Positions 60,130 to 64,000 of a stretch of 64,000 nt of DNA are shown here, one piece after another. The notes beneath the pieces were generated by a model, which was not told the DNA's origin, ran no database searches, and saw only the letters and a program-made list of their open reading frames with translations. Within the stretch, counting starts at the first letter, position 1; each line of letters opens with the position of its first letter. The position numbers and the translations under genes are program-made. The stretch spans positions 44,330,001-44,394,000 of the forward strand of contig NC_042997.1 in assembly GCF_006345805.1 (NCBI RefSeq). The letters run 5' to 3'. Source of the DNA: Octopus sinensis (taxonomy: Eukaryota).

Positions 60130-60769
60130 CTGTGTGTGTGTGTGTGTGTGTACATATATTATTGGTCAGTTGTCCATAAGTCCAAAAAAGTACACTCTAC
60201 TAGAGAATCTGAGAGGTTATATTTTTATATTGCTGAGAAGTATATTCGTGGTTATAGCATATAACCGGGTCAGAAAGTTACCATTGGTTTCGAGTCTACC
60301 ATTGCACTTGACAATACTGACAACTCTTCAGACATGCGGGCTGGAAGTATATAGCTTCTTTAATCCTGGAAGTTAATATACGATCTTGGTTTGCATGGTG
60401 GTGAAAAAAAAAAAAATGAAATGGAAAAAAACTCTTTTCTGAGAAGGAGAGAGGAATTGTTTTCCATCGTAGGGTTCTACCTGTGGCTGAAGGGGATCAG
60501 CCATGCTAGCGTATTTTTATACTGTCCTTTATAATTATCTATATATTCACGCAGGGGTATTTTTCATGCGTACATTTCCCTGATTTGTTGATAGTGTACT
60601 GTCATTCTTTTTTTTAGTGTCATACCTGTTTGTCTGATGTGGTATTCTTGGCAACCTTTACATGTTATAATGTAAATTAGGCAATCTGAATTTCAAGAGT
60701 GATTGTTTTAATATTGAAGGAGGTCCCATTTTGAAGTAGAATTTTGATAGCTACATTTTTATACATTGA

Positions 60770-60802
<33 letters not shown>

Positions 60803-61265
60803 TGTGTCTATGTGTGTGTATATATTTTGTGGAAATTAAAGTGTGTCTTAAACATTTCATTCCAGTCTTTAGCATGATATTGGCACATTATGTTAAGTCA
60901 CAAAGTGATCGACTCATTTAAGAACTGATACGTTTCATCACCTTAGATCAATATAAAAAGCCATGTCCGAGTACTTAAAAGAGTAGCTGCTTGAGAACTT
61001 GTCCTAACTTTGTCTTTATTATCTCACATTGTTTCCATTATAATAAACATTGTAAACTTTGATGATTAAACCTTGGAAACAAGTATCCAATGTAATCTCT
61101 CTATGACTCATTCTTTCTCTAACACCACCTCATGGCATCCTTCTAGTTATCTTGAATAAAAGTAAATCACTATACTAGAAATTAAATTCAACAGTTGTGG
61201 TGACAGAAAAACAGTCTACAGAAATTAGATTTTTGGTATTATTTGTTTACCATTGCATGAGTGGT

Positions 61266-61510
61266 ATTTGCTAATAGGATTTACAAAACTGAACATGTAG
61301 GCGAAACATATAAGATATCTCCTATGAGAAATTCTTCAGACAGAGCATCATATGATTATCATTTTTGTATTATTTATTCACCATTACACGTATTTCATTT
61401 GCTAAGAATTACAAAATTATTATTATTTGATTCTCTGTCTGACGGATTCCTTATTGGTGATATCTTACGTTTCTTCTGCAAGTACCATTTTGTAACTCCT
61501 ATTAGCAAAT
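61266..61510. mobile_element. Fold-back/MITE-like element, about 90-bp diverged arms
   Basis: ATTTGCTAATAGGA.TTACAAAA..AAGATATC..TCAGACAGAG and its reverse complement. Confidence 0.75.
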
Positions 61511-61540
61511 GAAACACATGAAATAGTGAACAAATAATAT

Positions 61541-62508
61541 TGTTGGGTTACGACCGTAGGTGAGGAGGTTGGTGGCATAGGTCTCCTTTGTAAGCCACAC
61601 GGTTGCATCCCTAACGAAATAAGATGAGCCATAATACAACTTATACAACACTTCCAATAGAATATAAATGAATGACGACAAAGCCGTTCCACTGTTTGAG
61701 AGAAAATAAGATTTTATTTACAAGGTGTTAAGGTTAGAGGGTTGTGAGTGCTAGCCTGTGTTGTGTATGTGTGCATGCAACAAGTGTTTGTGTGTGTGTG
61801 TTCGTGTGTGTTATAAGGATGAACATAGAGAACAAAATAGAAATGTCCAGACACAAGATAGAGATAAATACCAGTTCGTAAGGTACACAATAGCAGTTCG
61901 TTCTGTGTCCATGAAGTTGGGGCAAAGAGGAGAGCAGTTACTACGCATGTAGAAGTTGGGGCTTCGATCCATTTGCCAGGTTACATCGGTACAGAAGATC
62001 TCGCCGGTAGAGTTGTGCTGTTAACCTTGGTGTGTCTACACGAACAGTGTGTAAGCTGAACTTGAGCGAGTTGCTGTGTACACATCGTTGAAGTCGATGG
62101 TGGTGATGGCGACGGTAGAGAACGGCGACGGTGGTGGAGACGTCCTGCGTTGCTGCTGGCTGTAGCAGGAACATGGCTGGTATGGTCGTCGCTGGAACTG
62201 GCTGCTCTGTGGTGGTGTGGTCAATGGCCAAAGACCAAAGACCTGGAATGGTAAATTCTGAGGCCTTTTAAAGCATTCTAGAGGCTTCCGAAGAACATCC
62301 AAAAGACTGTCATGTGACCTTATCCTAAGGCTGTGATTAGTTGTCTTTGGACAGTGGCGCGAAATAAAGTAGAGACAAACCGCGCCACATGTCAACCAAT
62401 CAGATCAGTGGACGCAACAAGAACAACCCAGCCAAAGATGGCTGTAATCTCAAACGAGATCGTTCCTGTTGTGTCTCTCAAACAGTGAGGATATCAGCTA
62501 CCGCTACA
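61541..62508 (-). mobile_element. LTR-like element homologous to 16040-16720
   Basis: Inner perfect 10-bp inverted repeat TGTTTGAGAG (61693) and CTCTCAAACA (62484); about 170-bp block shared with 16540-16710. Confidence 0.6.
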
Positions 62509-62544
62509 ATACCAATTTATTTTCCAATTTCCTGGTGTCTTGAG

Positions 62545-63160
62545 GCCTAAGACTCATAGAACCGGTTACCACTTTTCCCAGCTTATAAGTGGCCAAGATC
62601 ACAACACTTCTCCTGAATGAGACACCAGTTCATCACAGGGTTATATATTTATAGCTGAGTGGACTGGTGCAATGTGAAATGAAGGTGGTGAGCTGGCAGA
62701 AACGTTAGCACACCGGGCGAAAGGCTTAGCGGTATTTCGTCTACTGTTAAGTTCTGAATTCATATTCCGCCAAGGTTGACCTTGCCTTTCATCCTTTTGG
62801 GGTCAATAAAGTAAGTACCAGTTGTGCACTGGGGTCAAGGTAATCGACTTAATCCCTTTGTCTGTCCTTGTTTTTCCCCTCTATGTTTAGCCCCTTGTGG
62901 GCAATAAAGAAATAAGAAACGTTAGCACGCCGGGCGAAAGGCTTAGTGGTATTTCATCTGCTGTTATGTTCTGAGTTCAAATTCTGCCGAGGTCGACTTT
63001 GCCTTTCATTCTTTCGGGGTCAATAAATTAAGTACCAGTTATGCACTGGGGTTGATGTAATCGACTAAATCCCTTTGTCTGTCCTTGTTTGTCCCCTCTG
63101 TGTTTAGCCCCTTGTGGGCAATAAAGAAATATGAAGTGTCTTGCTTAAGAACACAGTGCA
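62545..63160 (-). mobile_element. CORE-like SINE (family D) interrupted by a SINE A dimer
   Basis: GTGTTCTTAAGCAAGACACTTCAT|TTCACATTGCACCAGTCCACTCAGCT rejoins across the insert; ATGAAG is duplicated. Confidence 0.7.
62684..63130 (+). mobile_element. SINE family A tandem dimer
   Basis: Unit 1 at 62684-62914; unit 2 starts at internal AGAAACGTTAG. Confidence 0.92.
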
Positions 63161-63519
63161 CTGCCCTCTCTGGTCAGTATTAAATAGTCTGGATATAGGT
63201 GAACAAAGCATGCAATTTCGTTCCTCTATGCTGTTGATGTGCATAAAAAAATGAGGGTGAATCATGGTTTGTTGGCCACTACTCAGAAAAAAACATACCC
63301 AACTTCCTTACCCAATCAACAGCAAAGAATGTTCATTAGCTATATAAAGCAGCCGTAAATATATTTCACACAGTGAGGAATACTCTAATTTGTATAATTA
63401 CTTTTGACAGATCATTAATTAAGCAATATCTAAGAGAGAATGTGTACAGATTTTTAGTTCACCCATAGCAAGACTTTATAATCTCAAAAGTTATATAGAT
63501 TGACATTGTGTTCTGCATT

Positions 63520-63675
63520 GACAACCGGTGCCGATGTAATTACATCCCTGTAACTTAACGGTTCAGCAAAAGAGACCAATGGAATAGGTACTAGGCTTTA
63601 AGGAAATAAGTCTTGGGGTTGATTCTTTCAACTAAAAATTCTTCAAGGTGGTGCCCTAGCATAGCTGCAGTCTGA
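63520..63675 (+). mobile_element. SINE family B 3' fragment
   Basis: Family match. Confidence 0.8.
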
Positions 63676-64000
63676 TTCAAAATGATTCGAGCAGGATTCA
63701 AAATGGCTAATCAAGGCAGCTGTTGCTTACATTTCAGTTTTGTCAATCAAAATAACCATGGCACCGGTAACATCCAAACATTATTTGTATAGAACTTGTT
63801 TATACTCTTATACATTCAAAGTTCACAAATTTCCTTATTTAAATTATGAATCATATTCCTTTCGATAATATCAATGTGATTACAAAACTTCTTTGCAGAC
63901 GATTTTTGGTTGACACTAATTTTCAAATTACTGCAGTCCGTCAGTCCACTCACAGTGACGTATAACTGGCCATGTGTAAACATCAGAGTGGGTAAAAGTA

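Noticed and set aside
60480-60510. GGCTGA..TCAGCC hairpin resembling the 11.6-kb stem II
   Set aside because: No CTGANGA or GAAA on either strand.

Overview
This is repeat-saturated, AT-rich animal genomic DNA. The SINE/RTE repertoire and microsatellite load suggest a coleoid cephalopod such as Octopus (inference). I recognise no host protein-coding gene, rRNA, true tRNA or CRISPR array. Most track ORFs are microsatellite or antisense artefacts, and every protein-like ORF I can place is a transposon fragment. The window holds RTE LINE fragments (a C4HC3 PHD-like finger inside the RT ORF and a 63-bp hairpin VNTR in the 3' UTR), CR1/L2-group LINEs and RLE-type (R4/Dong/HERO-like) LINE pieces. 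It also holds at least four tRNA-headed SINE families, a full-length defective Tc1, mariner and Chapaev-like remnants, Helitron-like elements, hAT/piggyBac-like MITEs, LTR-like elements and about ten long inverted repeats. The most notable signal is a set of unrelated non-coding fold-back cassettes embedded in (TA)n/(ATT)n tracts that carry type I hammerhead-ribozyme motifs (11.4-11.8 kb, 35.3-35.9 kb, decayed at 37.3 and 56.4 kb), resembling Penelope-like/retrozyme termini. All coordinates, alignments and mismatch counts were read by eye and may be off by a few bases. Family names come from remembered motifs, not database searches.
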